From Balanoglossus misakiensis (taxonomy: Eukaryota > Animalia > Hemichordata): a DNA stretch of 64,000 nucleotides. Positions 51,730 through 64,000 of this stretch are shown here, piece by piece. How positions within the stretch are numbered: position 1 is the first letter of the stretch; the number at the start of each line of letters is the position of its first letter. The translations under genes and the position numbers were made by a program. The notes under the pieces were generated by a model, which searched no databases, was not told where the DNA came from, and saw nothing but the letters and a program-made list of their open reading frames with translations. The DNA lies in the NCBI GenBank assembly GCA_040954595.2, contig CM082580.2, positions 186,001-250,000 on the forward strand. Direction: 5' to 3'.

Positions 51730-54296
51730 CAAGTGAAGAACCCCAGTAACAGACGTAACGAACAAACAAACTACATGTACTAACAACAAAGCAAGAAAAG
51801 TGTCAAGCGTCGTCAAAGAAAACGAAATAGTTCTAGCATGGTTGGTAAAAGTTATTGGTAGAAAACGAATAGGGCCTTCTACAAATGACGTCTCAGACCC
51901 GCAAACGCCACCAGAACACAAAACACATGCACAGAACAGTTTAAGCCGGTTGTTGTATGGAGCAGCAATAATCTGCGGTTGGGCCGTCGTAGATTTTCGC
52001 TGGTGGTGAAAATAAATAAAACACGATCGATGTTCGATTTATTCCAGATCACATGCGTTTACGGCCAGAAGAGAGCATAAAAAACTTCAAATGACCATGT
52101 GGTGGCGCACTTTTTCCGATTGGCTGTATTTCAATTTGTTCGTGGTAAATTAATTTTGTGGAGGTGACCGGCACTGAAGCTCTTAGCTAGGATGAGGTGG
52201 GATGGAAAAATGCCCCATTTGACTCATTTTAGCTGTTTTAAATTATACGACTATTTATAGACAAAAGGAAAATAAAACAAGCGCAAAAACATACCAAACC
52301 TAGTTTTATTAATTACAAAAAAAATTGCTGAGTAAAGGTTTTCATGTGGGCATTCACTTTGAACTTGCTAAATTACTTTAAAGAGACAAAGTCGCTCTCT
52401 CTTTGTCCTTTTGCGATGATGGAATGCTTGCTTGAAGTCTCTCGTGCAATAAATGATGTCGATTCATACATGTATGGATGGTGTATAGGTGGTCGGAATT
52501 TACATGTCTTTGCCACGTCCAAACCAAAAACACATAAAATCAAACTTTGGGTCATGAAATCGAGTTTTGTTACAGTCTAGAATTTCATGCCACCCCTTTT
52601 GGTCATATTATTCTTGGTAGGCAAAAGTGACAAGTAGTCAAGTTTCAACACAGGCAACATTTTTACAAACAAACCACAAAGAAGACATCAAAAGGGAGAG
52701 AATTATAGAATGGTCAATGTGTGAATAGTTAAGATACGTAAAGTGGCCGGGTTCAACATAACATTAACTCATCGACTTCATATCGTCTTCATGCCATGGT
52801 TTTGCCTGCCCTGAAAAATCTTGTCGTTGCAGAAGTGGTTTTGACAGAAAGAATTTAGTCTTCCGGGATGTTTGTGATTATTTGAACACCAGACAATACA
52901 ATGCAACCTTGACTTCCAAAATACTTACCGGCATTGCATTATCTTACCATGGTTAGGCCTACAGAGAACAAATTTTCAACAATATTTTCTGAGTTACCGC
53001 TGATATTTGTTTTGTAGTATGGATATTAAATTATACATCCCGATACAAAACAGAATGTTATAGAATCCTTCCTGAGTGATATTGAAAAAATTACCGGAAT
53101 GCTATAGCCTAATCTATGGTTAGGGTTATTGCTATTATTTTATATCAGTAATCGACTTTGTGTATATCAATGTCATTTTCATAACGAAAATGAACTCGAG
53201 TCTAATGTAAACGTTACGAATTGATCGAAAGGCGCTCTGATGAATGTTAACACGAGTGCGCAATGACAAGACATGCATCGTGCATGACAGTGACAACAGT
53301 TCCATTAGAGCAGTTAAAAAATAAACCGGCCGTCCGTAAATTTATCAGCTATATTTTTTTTTATTTAGTCAAGTTTTCCCTGTTGCATGCTATTAGTTCA
53401 GGGGCCAGTTTTAGCAGTGCTCTATTGAGTACTTTCGTATAGATGGATTGATCTCTCGTCCAATCAGAATGGCGGATGGTAGCATGATCCGACATATTGC
53501 GTATTACAATAGGGCTTCCTCATACAGGTCAGAACAGAGAGGTCATTCCTTTTATTTCAGGACGTCTCAGCTCCTTTGTCTTTTCTGTTATTTTTTGACA
53601 AATGCGGATTGACGTTCCATTTCCAATTGGCGATAATTATATTTATTTGTATTTCATTGCATAAGCGCTTGCTAGTCGTTTTTTAGCAATTTTTTTTGTA
53701 GTACAAAAACACTGAAGAAAACGAAATATTTTATTCATTCGCACTTCCAAAGAACACCGTGACATAATTCCTCAATTTGCATTTCAGTGTGTGTGTCTGG
53801 TGTGTCTGCATTGACGTGAGGCGCATTCTCCACCCGCACACATACGTTGCATTGCATTCTTTGACTAATTAGTGTTACGTCATGTTGAAGCAGGATTCTG
53901 ATTGAGTAGTAAGTAAGTTGCATAATTGACGCACAGCTGGTGCCTCGTTCTCGTACCGCTGACCATTGCATTTGAAAAATCATTGCAGCTTTGACGTTCA
54001 TCAAGCATGGAGGTCCCGGTCGCCTCCATGCTTGATGATGTCGTTTCTCTGGTAAGCATGGCATTTAATGTTATTTTACAAGTACATGTACACTCCTTCT
54101 AGCAAAAACTGGTCGTGGTAGGGCGAGAGGGTCCCCCCAACATCGAAATTCTGACTTTGGGAAGCGTTACAGCACCAAACAGTAAACTCACAGTCGCATG
54201 GAATTTGTGCGTTATATTACACCGTGCGAGTAAATTGTACGTCGTTCGTTGGCTCGAGTCAGCTTTGTTATTGTGGAGCAGGTGGTACCGTAACAC

Positions 54297-54710
54297 CACA
54301 GGGGGCTCTCCCTAGGCGATTTTATTGTTTGTTTGTTGTTGTTGATTGGCATAATAAACAAATACATATTTCTTTATTAATAAATATGGTTTGTTGACAT
54401 GTAAGGGTTAGGTTATTAGGGTATATTTGACAGGTTATGGTATATTCAACGGTTAGAATTAGTGTTGGCATTTTTTCGATCCATGGCCGGCATCACCCCC
54501 CCAAACCCCCCCCCCCCACCCCCTGTGGCTTAGTGATGCCCGGGGCCGTGGATCGAAAAAAATGCCAACAGTAACCCTAACTGTTGAATATACCCTAACA
54601 CTTACATGTCAACAAACCATATTTATTAATAATGAAATATGCATTTGTTTATTATGCCAATCAACAACAACAAACAAACAATAAAATCGCGGAGGGAGGA
54701 GCCCCCTGTG
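54297..54710. mobile_element. 414-bp foldback MITE with CA...TG ends and 7-bp TSD (P-element/Galileo-type)
   Basis: gtaacac|cacagggggctc ... gagccccctgtg|gtaacac; palindromic over almost its whole length. Confidence 0.72.
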
Positions 54711-55226
54711 GTAACACACTACAGTATAACTTTTAAGGCAAAGCGATAGCGAATAAACTGACCAGGGTTGGTTTTGTTGTTGGGGAGATTTTTGGCACCA
54801 TTGAGACTGTTATAAGCTACCAGTGGGAGCTATGGTATAGCCGTTAACACGCAGCCCTGCCACGCAGAGCTTCTATGACTGGTTACTAACTTCTATGTCT
54901 ATTTGATTCACAGATGCTGCCTGAAACTGTCTGCGTTTCAACTCGGGATTCTCTTCCTTGTCCGGGGCGAGTTTAAGACCGCTCAATGGTAAGCATGACT
55001 TGCTTTATATTTGCTTTTATCGGGTGTTGCAACCGAAACAATAGGAAGAAATGTATGTCTACGAACTAATTTACATATTCCAGCTTTCAATACAATGTAC
55101 CTGTTTTTTCCCCTTCGAATTCTGGCCTCGATTGCTTGTGATATGATCGTGATGTCATGAATTAGATGGACAACTCACAAGTTCAAATCTTCACGTGGAG
55201 CATAAAATAAATGTGGATGCATTTCC

Positions 55227-55581
55227 TTAAAGGGACAAAGTCTCTCTCTCGCTGCCCTTTTTTCCATTAATTATATTTGATACAAGACACCGTTTGTTAT
55301 TCTACATGTAGATATATAGTGAATGAACGTTCAGCCACACACAACTTCCGTCCCACTTGTAGACACGAGAGTAAAAATACTCGCCAAAATGAATAATCGT
55401 TCTTTACCATTTATTCATTTTGGGCGAGTTTTTACTCTCATATCATACAAGCGGGATGGAAGTTTTGTGTGGTTGATCATTTATTCACTATATATCCAAA
55501 TGTACATTGACATAAACAGTGTCTTGTATCAAACATAATTAATGGAAAAAGGACAGCGACAGAGAGACTTTGTCCCTTTAA
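55227..55581. mobile_element. Complete MITE family K1 copy
   Basis: TTAA|agggacaaagtctctct ... agagagactttgtccct|TTAA. Confidence 0.9.
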
Positions 55582-57462
55582 CCATATAGCTAAAATTACT
55601 CCCATATCAATACACAGGGAGATACTTTAACTTTGGCTGAACGTGTGCTAGTCCAAAACTATGCTTAATCAAACTGGCTAAGAGATCTGTTATTATATTA
55701 GACGCATGAAGGAAAGTAATGTTGTTTAGAGTGAAATAAAACAATACTTTAGGCCAGAAAGAAAAATGTAAATCATGACACAAACAGGCTGGAAATTTTT
55801 TCTGACCCTATATTATACCATGTTTTGCATATTTTCACTAATTTGTATGGCCCACATAATTCTAAAGCAAGGTTGATTGGTTACTAATTAATATTTGCAT
55901 ATATTTGATTCACAGTCTTAAACACAGCATTTCAACGTATGCCGGAGGAGGAAGAGAATACTTAGGCCTGATCCAAGACCGCTTTCCGGTAAGCACACCT
56001 TGCTGTATACATGCTCCATAGCTTGTTTGTAAATGCTACCTTTTCCCATCAAATAGTGAAGTCACCCTTTTAAAATTATGGTGGTGGCAAGCCACAACTG
56101 GTTATCATGAAGAGTTGGACACCACTAATAATCATTTTAATATTTTCCAATTGGTAACCTTTATGTACCACTATCCTCAACAATTTCAGTCAACAAGATT
56201 CATATTGCACTGTATAGCAAGGCCAAACAAATATGACTGATTGATAGGGATTTTTCTGAAAATGTGACAAAATCAACAAATAAACAATAATCAGTCACCA
56301 ATCATGCATTATGTGTTATTCGAGGGAACCTGAGCGGGTCCCATAAACCTGCCAACCCATGCTAGCCATGACTTTACAAATGTTTCCGTCATACTATGCA
56401 GAAAATTCTGGCTGCCTTAAATAGGTTTTTCACTTTGCGCTAGGTGTCAAATCTCATTGCATTCTGGGCGGAAAGTCCATAACCAACTGTAGTAAGAGAT
56501 AGAAGAAATGATATGTTTACTGTATTTCATGACTTCCTTCGGTCAAACATTTCTGTCTCGGTAGTTAGCATATTAAACTTTTTTTCACTTTTGCTATTTT
56601 TTCTGTTAAAAAGTTCAAGAATGACCCATCATCATTTTAGCTTATGAACTCCCATTTCTTTAACATGGCAAAAATCGGCCATCTTGAAATTATCGACCGT
56701 ATGAGATTTTCATCACTCATTTAGGGTAGCTTAAAACGTGTTTAAAGTAGGGAGAATTGTATAGGCAAGACTTGGGCTGTAAATTTGATGAAATAGCTAC
56801 ATGACTATTGTTCACAAGCAGCTGACTGTACTGTAAGACTGGAAGTGTTGTGTACATATTTTACATATTCAATATTTGTAATTAGACCATGTCATGTATA
56901 TCTTGGGGATTGCTCGATCACAATGTCTCTGCTGGTACAATGTCCTTTTAACATGTTCAGTAATATGGTAGTAATTGTAAGTTTGTGTGCGGCATTTGTA
57001 AATTATTTACAATTTATAAATTATTTTGTAAGTTTCTTCATTCTCAAATTGCTTGCCTAACGTACTGCATTAACATTTAAATTTTGGTATGATTTTGAGT
57101 AGACTTTTTGTTTCAAAATTATTTTTGACACTTTTGGGTGATATGATTTTACATGGAAAATCTGATTTCCCTGTAATTCGGTTGACAGGATTTTCATCAT
57201 ATCTCTAAATCATGAAGTACATGTATCAGACTTGCATCAGGCCCTCAAAATTCTAGTCGCCTTTGGCAAGTAATATTAGCCATTGATCTGGGAAAGTTAC
57301 AAAAATGTGTTGTCCAAGGACGTTGAAGGTACATGTGGTTTTTACACTTGCTGCATGTTTATAATTTGCAATAGAAATAGACACTCAGTGCCAGCCCACT
57401 ATCCCGTCTCCTTATTGCTGACTTGTATGTATGTACGTATGTACGCATTTTATCAGAATTAT

Positions 57463-58065
57463 TAGGTCCCATTTGGTATATGTATTTATACCATGGTACC
57501 TTACGGGATCAGTTGCACCTGTATGTATGGATGTTTGTATGTCCATCAACATCAAACATTTGGAAACTACTGGCATTTCACCTTGATATTTAATGTGCAG
57601 ACAGGGCAGTAGATGGGAGTTTGTCTAAGTGAAGTTGTCATTGCCAAAATATGCAAATTAGCTGGGAAAGTGTCAAATTCGTCAAAACTTGGGAACTCAA
57701 CAACTACTGGGCAAATTGCTTTCAAAATTGATAATTGGTATGCATGTACCTTATGGTATCCTCTCACAATTCTACATGTTGTGAGCTAATAATGTGAATT
57801 TTCTATTTTTAAGCATTTTTTTTGTCTCTTTCCACATTGTCGGTAAAAACCTACTTTTCTGGAATTGATCAGCTGACTTGTTTGAAATTTATTATGAAGC
57901 TTCATAGGTGATCTGAGTTACCAACCATAGTTTTGTTTAAATTGTTGCCAAAAATTGCGTATTTATAATTTTGGAGCAATTTTTAGGTCCCATTTGGTTT
58001 ATGTACATATATACGATTGGGACCTTATGGAATCAGTTGCATTTGTATGTATGAGTGAATGGATG
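57463..58065 (+). repeat. Helentron/DINE-1-like (HINE) repeat units, ~520-bp period, interrupted by the hAT insertion
   Basis: taggtcccatttggt...acc..gggaccttat hairpin plus (GTAT)n at 57463 and ~57984; the downstream unit resumes at 61069 and resembles 57560-57980. Confidence 0.55.
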
Positions 58066-58649
58066 CAGGGGTCGCGTTAACGCGGAATTCCGCGTCCGGG
58101 ACGCAAGCTTTTTTGCTGGGACGCGGGTTCACTTTGATGTCCGCGTCCGGGGAACCCCAGCTGAGCGCACACTGCAGTAATTGATGATTGTCTTGTAATT
58201 TTAATTTGTTTATTCAAAAACGCTTGTACGGCTGGCTAATCCAGAAGATTGACACTTGTAAACAAAAACAAGGTGTGAAATAATCATTTGACTAAAGCTT
58301 GTTAGAGTTTTCCCGACAAAAAAGAAGAAAATGGCTTCGTTTTTCTTTGGCAGGTCCGCCAATAGCCTTGTCAACAAGTTACTTGTGAACGATGTATCAT
58401 TAATTAGATTATAATGATATGCAGTTAAACGGTCGGCAGCTTGACTAAAGATGGCGGCCGTGCACAGAAACGAAGTGACCGCGTTATCGCTTTTGATTAT
58501 GCTTTTACAGCTTGTCTATCTTCATTGGTGTAATCCTTTTACCCGTTTTCGCTTGAAAATCTTTGATTTATCCGACTCCTAGCTGGACTGGGTATAAATA
58601 TGGGGGCGAAACTCGTCAACGATCAGAACACTCTGACACCGATACAGCT

Positions 58650-59021
58650 ATGCATCGATTCCTGACTGTGGCTCCCCGTGCGAAGTCTACTGACGAGGCA
58701 ACGTCTATGCCTCGGACTTCCACGCCAGTCGGTAAGAGTGGTAAAAGAGCGTTTTCGTCTGTTGAGCCTGATAGTACAACACCAGCTAAGCCTGCAGCTA
58801 AGAAAGTTAATCGCCACGAGAACTTTCTTCCCCAGTGGCTGTCAATATTTCCCTGGTTAGAGTATACCAATGGTGCGATGTTTTGCAAGTGGTGCAAAAC
58901 AGAAAAGAAGAAGAACAAGTTCACCGTTGATGGCTGTAAGAACTTTCAGAAATCGGCACTAAGTCGTCATCAAAGTCACCAAGACCATTCTGATGTTTTA
59001 CTAGCAAGAGCCGGTAGGAAG
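58650..59021 (+). CDS. hAT transposase exon 1 (basic NLS-like segment, TTF-type zinc finger), 124 codons
   Basis: MHRFL...WLSIFPWL...MFCKWC...RHQSHQDH...GRK|gtaagc; phase-0 donor. Confidence 0.85.
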
Positions 59022-59163
59022 GTAAGCATGACTTTTTATGTACACACCACACTAGTTGTGGCTGACCCATATTGTTTTGCTAGTAAATTTTTAGGTAAAT
59101 TGATAATACATAAACTTGCAATGTAAATTGATAATTCATAAACTTGTTTTATTCACATTCTAG

Positions 59164-60861
59164 AGCTTCCAACGAGCATCTGCTGCAGCCACTGAGAAGT
59201 CATCTGACAGCCTGCAAACCCAGCTGAAGTGTGTGTACTGGTTGGCAAAAGAAGAGTTACCCGCATCAAAGTACGAGTCATTGGTTGGTTTTTTGAAGGA
59301 AACTGGTTGTCCAAGCCTTGCTGCTGTCTCAAGTGATAAGCTGTATAGTCATCACAGTTCTGTTGAAGATATGGAAGAAGCCATTGCCGAGGTGATTGAC
59401 TCTGAGATAGATCGGGACATTCAGAGTAGTGGTGTTTATGGCATTATGGTAGATGAAAGTGTAGATATTGCTGTCCATAAAGTTATGTCCATTGTAATTA
59501 GAATAGTGGTAGAAGGTGAAGCAAAGAATTGTTTTCTTGGAAATGTTGAGGTTGTAGATGGAAAGGCAGAGACTATCACAAGTGCTGTATGTAATTTTTT
59601 AACTGCAAGGAATATTCCTTTAGAGTGTTTTGTAGGTTTTGGCAGTGATGGTGCTGCAGTCATGACTGGCAGACTAAATGGAGTTGCAGCTCGTCTGAGA
59701 CGAGATGTTAACTCTTCTTTGGTTTCTGTCCATTGTGCTGCACACCGTCTCAGTCTTGCATCTTCCCAGGCTGCAAAGAGTATTGAGTATTTGAAGAAGT
59801 ACCAGCAAGTTCTCAACAATTTGTACATGTTTTTCAATTCATCACCAGTACGTTATAACAAGCTTAGAGAGATTCAGTCTGTGTTAGATGAAGTTCAGGT
59901 TGCTTTGCAACAGCCAACACCAGTTCGTTGGCTTTCTGTATCCCAAGCCGTTCAGGCTGTGTACAGGTCCTGGGAGAGTTTGGTTGCCACTTTGGAAACC
60001 ATTTATTCTGAGTGTAATAATTCTGTCGCCAAGGGTTTGTTATCAGAGATAACCAGTTACAGTTTTGTATCCATTACTTCCTTGCTTATGGATGTTTTAC
60101 CAGTAGTGTCCAATCTTAGCAAAGTGTTTCAGAGAGAACATGTAGACATGTCAGTCATCAAACCCAAGTTACAGATAGCTATTTCACTTCTTCAAGACAT
60201 GTCAAAGACTCCAGCTTTGATGAAACATCTTTCACAGTTCAGGCTTGAGTGTAATGACTTTGTGTATAAAGGGAGAGAGTTGAGAGCTGCTGGTAGAAAT
60301 TTTGACATTGACAAGTTGTGTAATACTTACATTGAGAACCTTGTTTGTAATTTATCAGATAGATTTCCTCAGAATGATACAGACATTTTACAATGTTTTG
60401 ATGCTGTCTTTAACCCCAGATGTGTACCCGTAGAAACCAGTCAGCTGTGCTCTTATGCTGACAGAGAGTTTGAGAAGATAGTCACACATTTCAGTGGTAT
60501 GGTAGACAAAGATAGGGCAGCTGATGGTTTCATTGAGTTTAAGTATCTTTTACACTGTCATAGGAGCTTATCTTTTCAGCAATTTTGTCGACTGTTACTT
60601 TGTCAGTACCAGGATGATTTTCCAGATTTTTGTAAGTTAGCATCAATTGCTTTGGTTATACCACTATCAAGTGTACCTTGTGAGCGGGCCTTTTCGTGCC
60701 AAAACAGGATCAAGACAAAGTTAAGGAATCGCTTAACGCCAGCCCATTTGTCAACACTGATGAAAATATCCCTGGAGGGTAAAGACAGGACCGAGTTCAA
60801 TTTTTCTCAAGCGATGTCAAATTTCAATGACCAGAAAGTCAGAAGAAAGTTTACTTTGTAA
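59164..60861 (+). CDS. hAT transposase exon 2 (DDE core and C-terminal dimerisation domain; ZNF862-like)
   Basis: ttctag|AGC, in frame with ORF 59233. Motifs VDESVD, GSDGAAVM, HCAAH, VRW, SSVPCERAFS; AATAAA overlaps the stop. Spliced length 689 aa. Confidence 0.92.
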   Translation, partial: SFQRASAAATEKSSDSLQTQLKCVYWLAKEELPASKYESLVGFLKETGCPSLAAVSSDKLYSHHSSVEDMEEAIAEVIDSEIDRDIQSSGVYGIMVDESVDIAVHKVMSIVIRIVVEGEAKNCFLGNVEVVDGKAETITSAVCNFLTARNIPLECFVGFGSDGAAVMTGRLNGVAARLRRDVNSSLVSVHCAAHRLSLASSQAAKSIEYLKKYQQVLNNLYMFFNSSPVRYNKLREIQSVLDEVQVALQQPTPVRWLSVSQAVQAVYRSWESLVATLETIYSECNNSVAKGLLSEITSYSFVSITSLLMDVLPVVSNLSKVFQREHVDMSVIKPKLQIAISLLQDMSKTPALMKHLSQFRLECNDFVYKGRELRAAGRNFDIDKLCNTYIENLVCNLSDRFPQNDTDILQCFDAVFNPRCVPVETSQLCSYADREFEKIVTHFSGMVDKDRAADGFIEFKYLLHCHRSLSFQQFCRLLLCQYQDDFPDFCKLASIALVIPLSSVPCERAFSCQNRIKTKLRNRLTPAHLSTLMKISLEGKDRTEFNFSQAMSNFNDQKVRRKFTL

Positions 60862-61068
60862 TAAAAAAGAAACATTCAAAGAAAATGAAAATAAATGTGG
60901 ATATACACTTGAATTGTGATGTTGACTTTGCTAGTAAGTGTGTGCGAGTATGTATGTGTGATAATATATTGGAAAAATGGGGACCCACAAAAATATTTAG
61001 GGACCCCTGATTTTCACAAGGAAGGGGTCCCAGGGACCCCAAGATTTTGAGGTCTAGCGCAACCCCTG

Positions 61069-64000
61069 GGATGAAAACCGCTGGGCATATCACTTCCATA
61101 TTTAGTGTGTAGATGCAGGCGGGGCTGTAGATGGGATTTTGTTCAAATGAAATTGTCATTGCCAAAATATTACCTGTGTAAATGTGAAATTGGTCAAAAG
61201 TCAGAAACTTGACAACCACTGGTCAGATTGGTATGTCAATGAACCCCATACAGTCCTGTATGTTGTGAGCTAATATTATGAATTTTCTAATGTTTATTAA
61301 TTTTTTTTGTCTTTTTCCACATTATTGGTAAAAAAAAATCTTCACTTCTGAAAGCGATAGTCCGACTCCTTCGAAATTTAGTATGAAGCTTCCTATGGGT
61401 GGTCCGAGTTACCATATTTTTTGTTCAGATTGTTGTAAAATAGGCATATTTATAATTTTGAGCAATTTTGCCAATTATGGTCAGAATGCTTTGCAATTTG
61501 GTAGGCAGATTCCCAGGGGTAACCCAAGGAAGATGTCATAAAAATGGTTAAAACTGCGTGCTTGTGTTATTGGGGATATTTTTTGCAATCTTTGTCAAAA
61601 ACTGTTTTCTGTTAAACCGTTCAAACCCTTGTCAGATTGCTTTGAATTTTGGCAGGAATGTTCCTTGTAGTGATTGAAGTAAGATGGTGTACAATTATAG
61701 AGATGTTTGCATATTTGTGTTTTTGCCACTTTTGAACAAATGTGTTTTTCTTTGAAACTGCTTTTTTGATGGCTTTGAAATATGGTAGGAATATTCCTAG
61801 GGGTAACCCAATTTTTAGCTCACCTGAAAATCACGTGAGCTTATAGTTTAGCGATGTCTGTGTATGTGTGTGTCTGTCTGTATACCCGATATCTCAAGAA
61901 CCGCTGAACCGATTTCAACCAAATTTAGTACACAGGTTCAGATATCATATGGCAAGAACTGAAAAGGTTTTGGTGGGTGTGGCTTTGACATTAATGAAGT
62001 TATTAAAGTTTTAATTTTTCTATTACATGGTTGTCTATGAGAGCTTTCGTTAATGCTGCATATATGACCAGTGGAAACGATAGTTTGAGGAGATCGACTG
62101 TTTGAGGGCGCTGTGAAATGAGACATTCCTGGCGATATTGCCGTGGTTCTGTCCATGCTCAGACGCTGTACCCGTCGTTACGAATAACTTCCCTACGTGA
62201 ATCCACAAGGAAGCTAACGTTGTTTAGTTGCTTCATAGAGCGTAAATTGTTAATCTACAGGACCGTCAGACGAATACTCTTTTCAAATGAAGTTTGAAAC
62301 TACTTACGAGTAAGTTAGTGGAGACAATATGGCGGATAGTTGGCGTGCAGCCGAATCCGCGTTATGACTATGACGTGACCCATTCATCAAGACAAACCGT
62401 AAATGATTCACGCATATTGTGGTCCTCACGCAGTCAATCTCAAAATGTCACCAGGCTTTCTATTTGTCTATTGTTCAGAGAAAAATAACATGGCGGTTGA
62501 TCACACTCAACAGTAAAATCCGTTTTGTGTGTTTATAGACAGTCTGTTATCGCCAATACTATATAGCGATTGCTAGATGGCCTACCCAATATGTGATCGA
62601 GCGAGAATGATAACATTGAATGTCTGTTCAGATCTCATTCCGTATGTCATACGTCAACATTTCGATTTCGATTTAATCCATTCATAAAGAATTTAGAGAA
62701 AGTCGTCTTGAATTGTGACCCCGACTATCAATTAGTTTACGATGATTTTTTGGCGACGGAATACACGAGACGCCATTGCATAACTACGTCAGCTGGACTT
62801 CCAAGGTTACCATTTTGTGTGTATGGAATCTTATCACAGAGCCTACGTACTTTGACAATATGCCATGCTATATCAATGACGCCCCAGAAAATTTGTCAAA
62901 AAATGAATTTGTCTTCTCATGGTGGTGCAATATATTTTAATGTCTATTTTGAGGTTGATTTTGGTTTTTGGCTAACATGTATATAAATGTCAGCTTATAG
63001 CATAAGTTGGTGTCCGTCGGCTATGTATGTCTGTATGTGTGCCTCATACAGAATTATGTATTTTGTGAATGGATTAGTTTCGTCTTAATGTATTGATGTA
63101 TGTATGTGTATGTCCATCAACTTCAAAAACTTGAAACTACTGATATTTAGTGTGTACATAGAAATTGTTATTGCGAAAAAATGCATACTGGTATTAACTG
63201 GAAAAATGTTCAAATAGTCAAAATTGAAAAACTTAATAACAGCGGATCAGATTAAGTTAAAAATTGGCGTGCATTGGTGTGCAAGTACTTTGGGAAGACC
63301 TCGTATGATTTTGTTCAGGTGGAGTCAGTATCTGGCGTTTCCTATTTTTTATGAATTTTTTGGGGAATTTTCTGCAGTTTTGTTAAAAAAAATTTTTCTC
63401 TGAAATTACATGTCCAATTGATTGGAAACTTGGTATGGAGGTTCATAGGGCTTACCTGAATCACATTTGTGCAAACGGTGGTGAAATTTGCAAAAATGCA
63501 TTTTTGGGCAATATTTCCTGTTTTTGCCAAAAAATCCAATCCTGTGAAATGTAGGTGCAATTGTTTTGATACTTTGTATTTGGGTTTCTAGGGGTGATCT
63601 CAGTCAGATATGATCAAATTGTAATGAAATTTGCATAATTGTATTTTTTGGGAATTTCTGCAGGGTTTGGCCAAATAGTCTTCGGTAATACCACAAGTCC
63701 AATTGGTTGGAAACTTTGAATGGGAATTCATATATGTGATATCAGTCAGATTTGTCTGAATTTCCTGTTGTTTGCCAAAATGTCTTCCTTATTGAAACTT
63801 GTTAAAGAGGTTCTTAGGCATGAACAGAAATCAGATTTGTTGAAATCTGGTGAAATATTCATACTTTTTGGTATATTTCTTGCCATTTTTGATCAAAGAG
63901 TTTTAGAATTCCATAGACTTATTATTTTTATGCAGTTCAGGATGGGGTACATGACTCATAACCCCTTACAAAAATTGACAAGGCAACAATTCCACAAACA
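61069..64000 (+). repeat. Degenerate Helentron/HINE-like repeat cluster
   Basis: tttttagctcacctg...gtgagctta + (GT/GTCT)n + gatatctcaagaaccgctgaaccgatttcaaccaaattt at ~61812-61935; degenerate tandem units (gaaacttggta...) around it. Confidence 0.55.

Larger units (their letters stand above)
58066..61068 (+). mobile_element. Full-length hAT DNA transposon with 5-bp TSD (hAT5-type), 3003 bp
   Basis: ggatg|CAGGGGTCGCGTTA ... TAGCGCAACCCCTG|ggatg; subterminal gggacgc/gggaccc repeats; intact transposase inside. Confidence 0.9.

Noticed and set aside
58616-60800. Antisense ORFs within the hAT transposase (58616, 59436, 60603)
   Set aside because: Shadow frames of the real plus-strand coding sequence.

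Overview
Eukaryotic, AT-rich, repeat-dense DNA, most consistent with a marine invertebrate (inference). There are no prokaryotic genes, rRNA, tRNA or CRISPR arrays. (1) A minus-strand, multi-exon C-type lectin + CUB + CUB gene (uninflatable-like architecture) spans 232-13129 and looks pseudogenised: an in-frame TGA, two mutated splice acceptors and one truncated exon. (2) A ~9.3-kb segment is directly duplicated (9915-19182 and 30716-40039), and an ~11.5-kb array of a 78-bp satellite with higher-order structure sits exactly at the junction. (3) Each copy holds a decayed RTE-X-like LINE, and the copies differ by transposon insertions (TTAA-flanked Kolobok-type elements, an L2 fragment) and deletions. 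(4) A multi-intron hAT/ZNF862-like transposase relic lies at ~40.7-41.8 kb. (5) A 4-kb foldback (Academ-like, 3-bp TSD) is nested in an 88-bp hairpin MITE with a 9-bp TSD. (6) An apparently intact 3.0-kb hAT transposon with a 5-bp TSD (hAT5-type) encodes a spliced 689-aa transposase. (7) Many MITEs, hairpin elements and Helentron-like repeats fill the rest. All calls were made by eye; no database searches were run.
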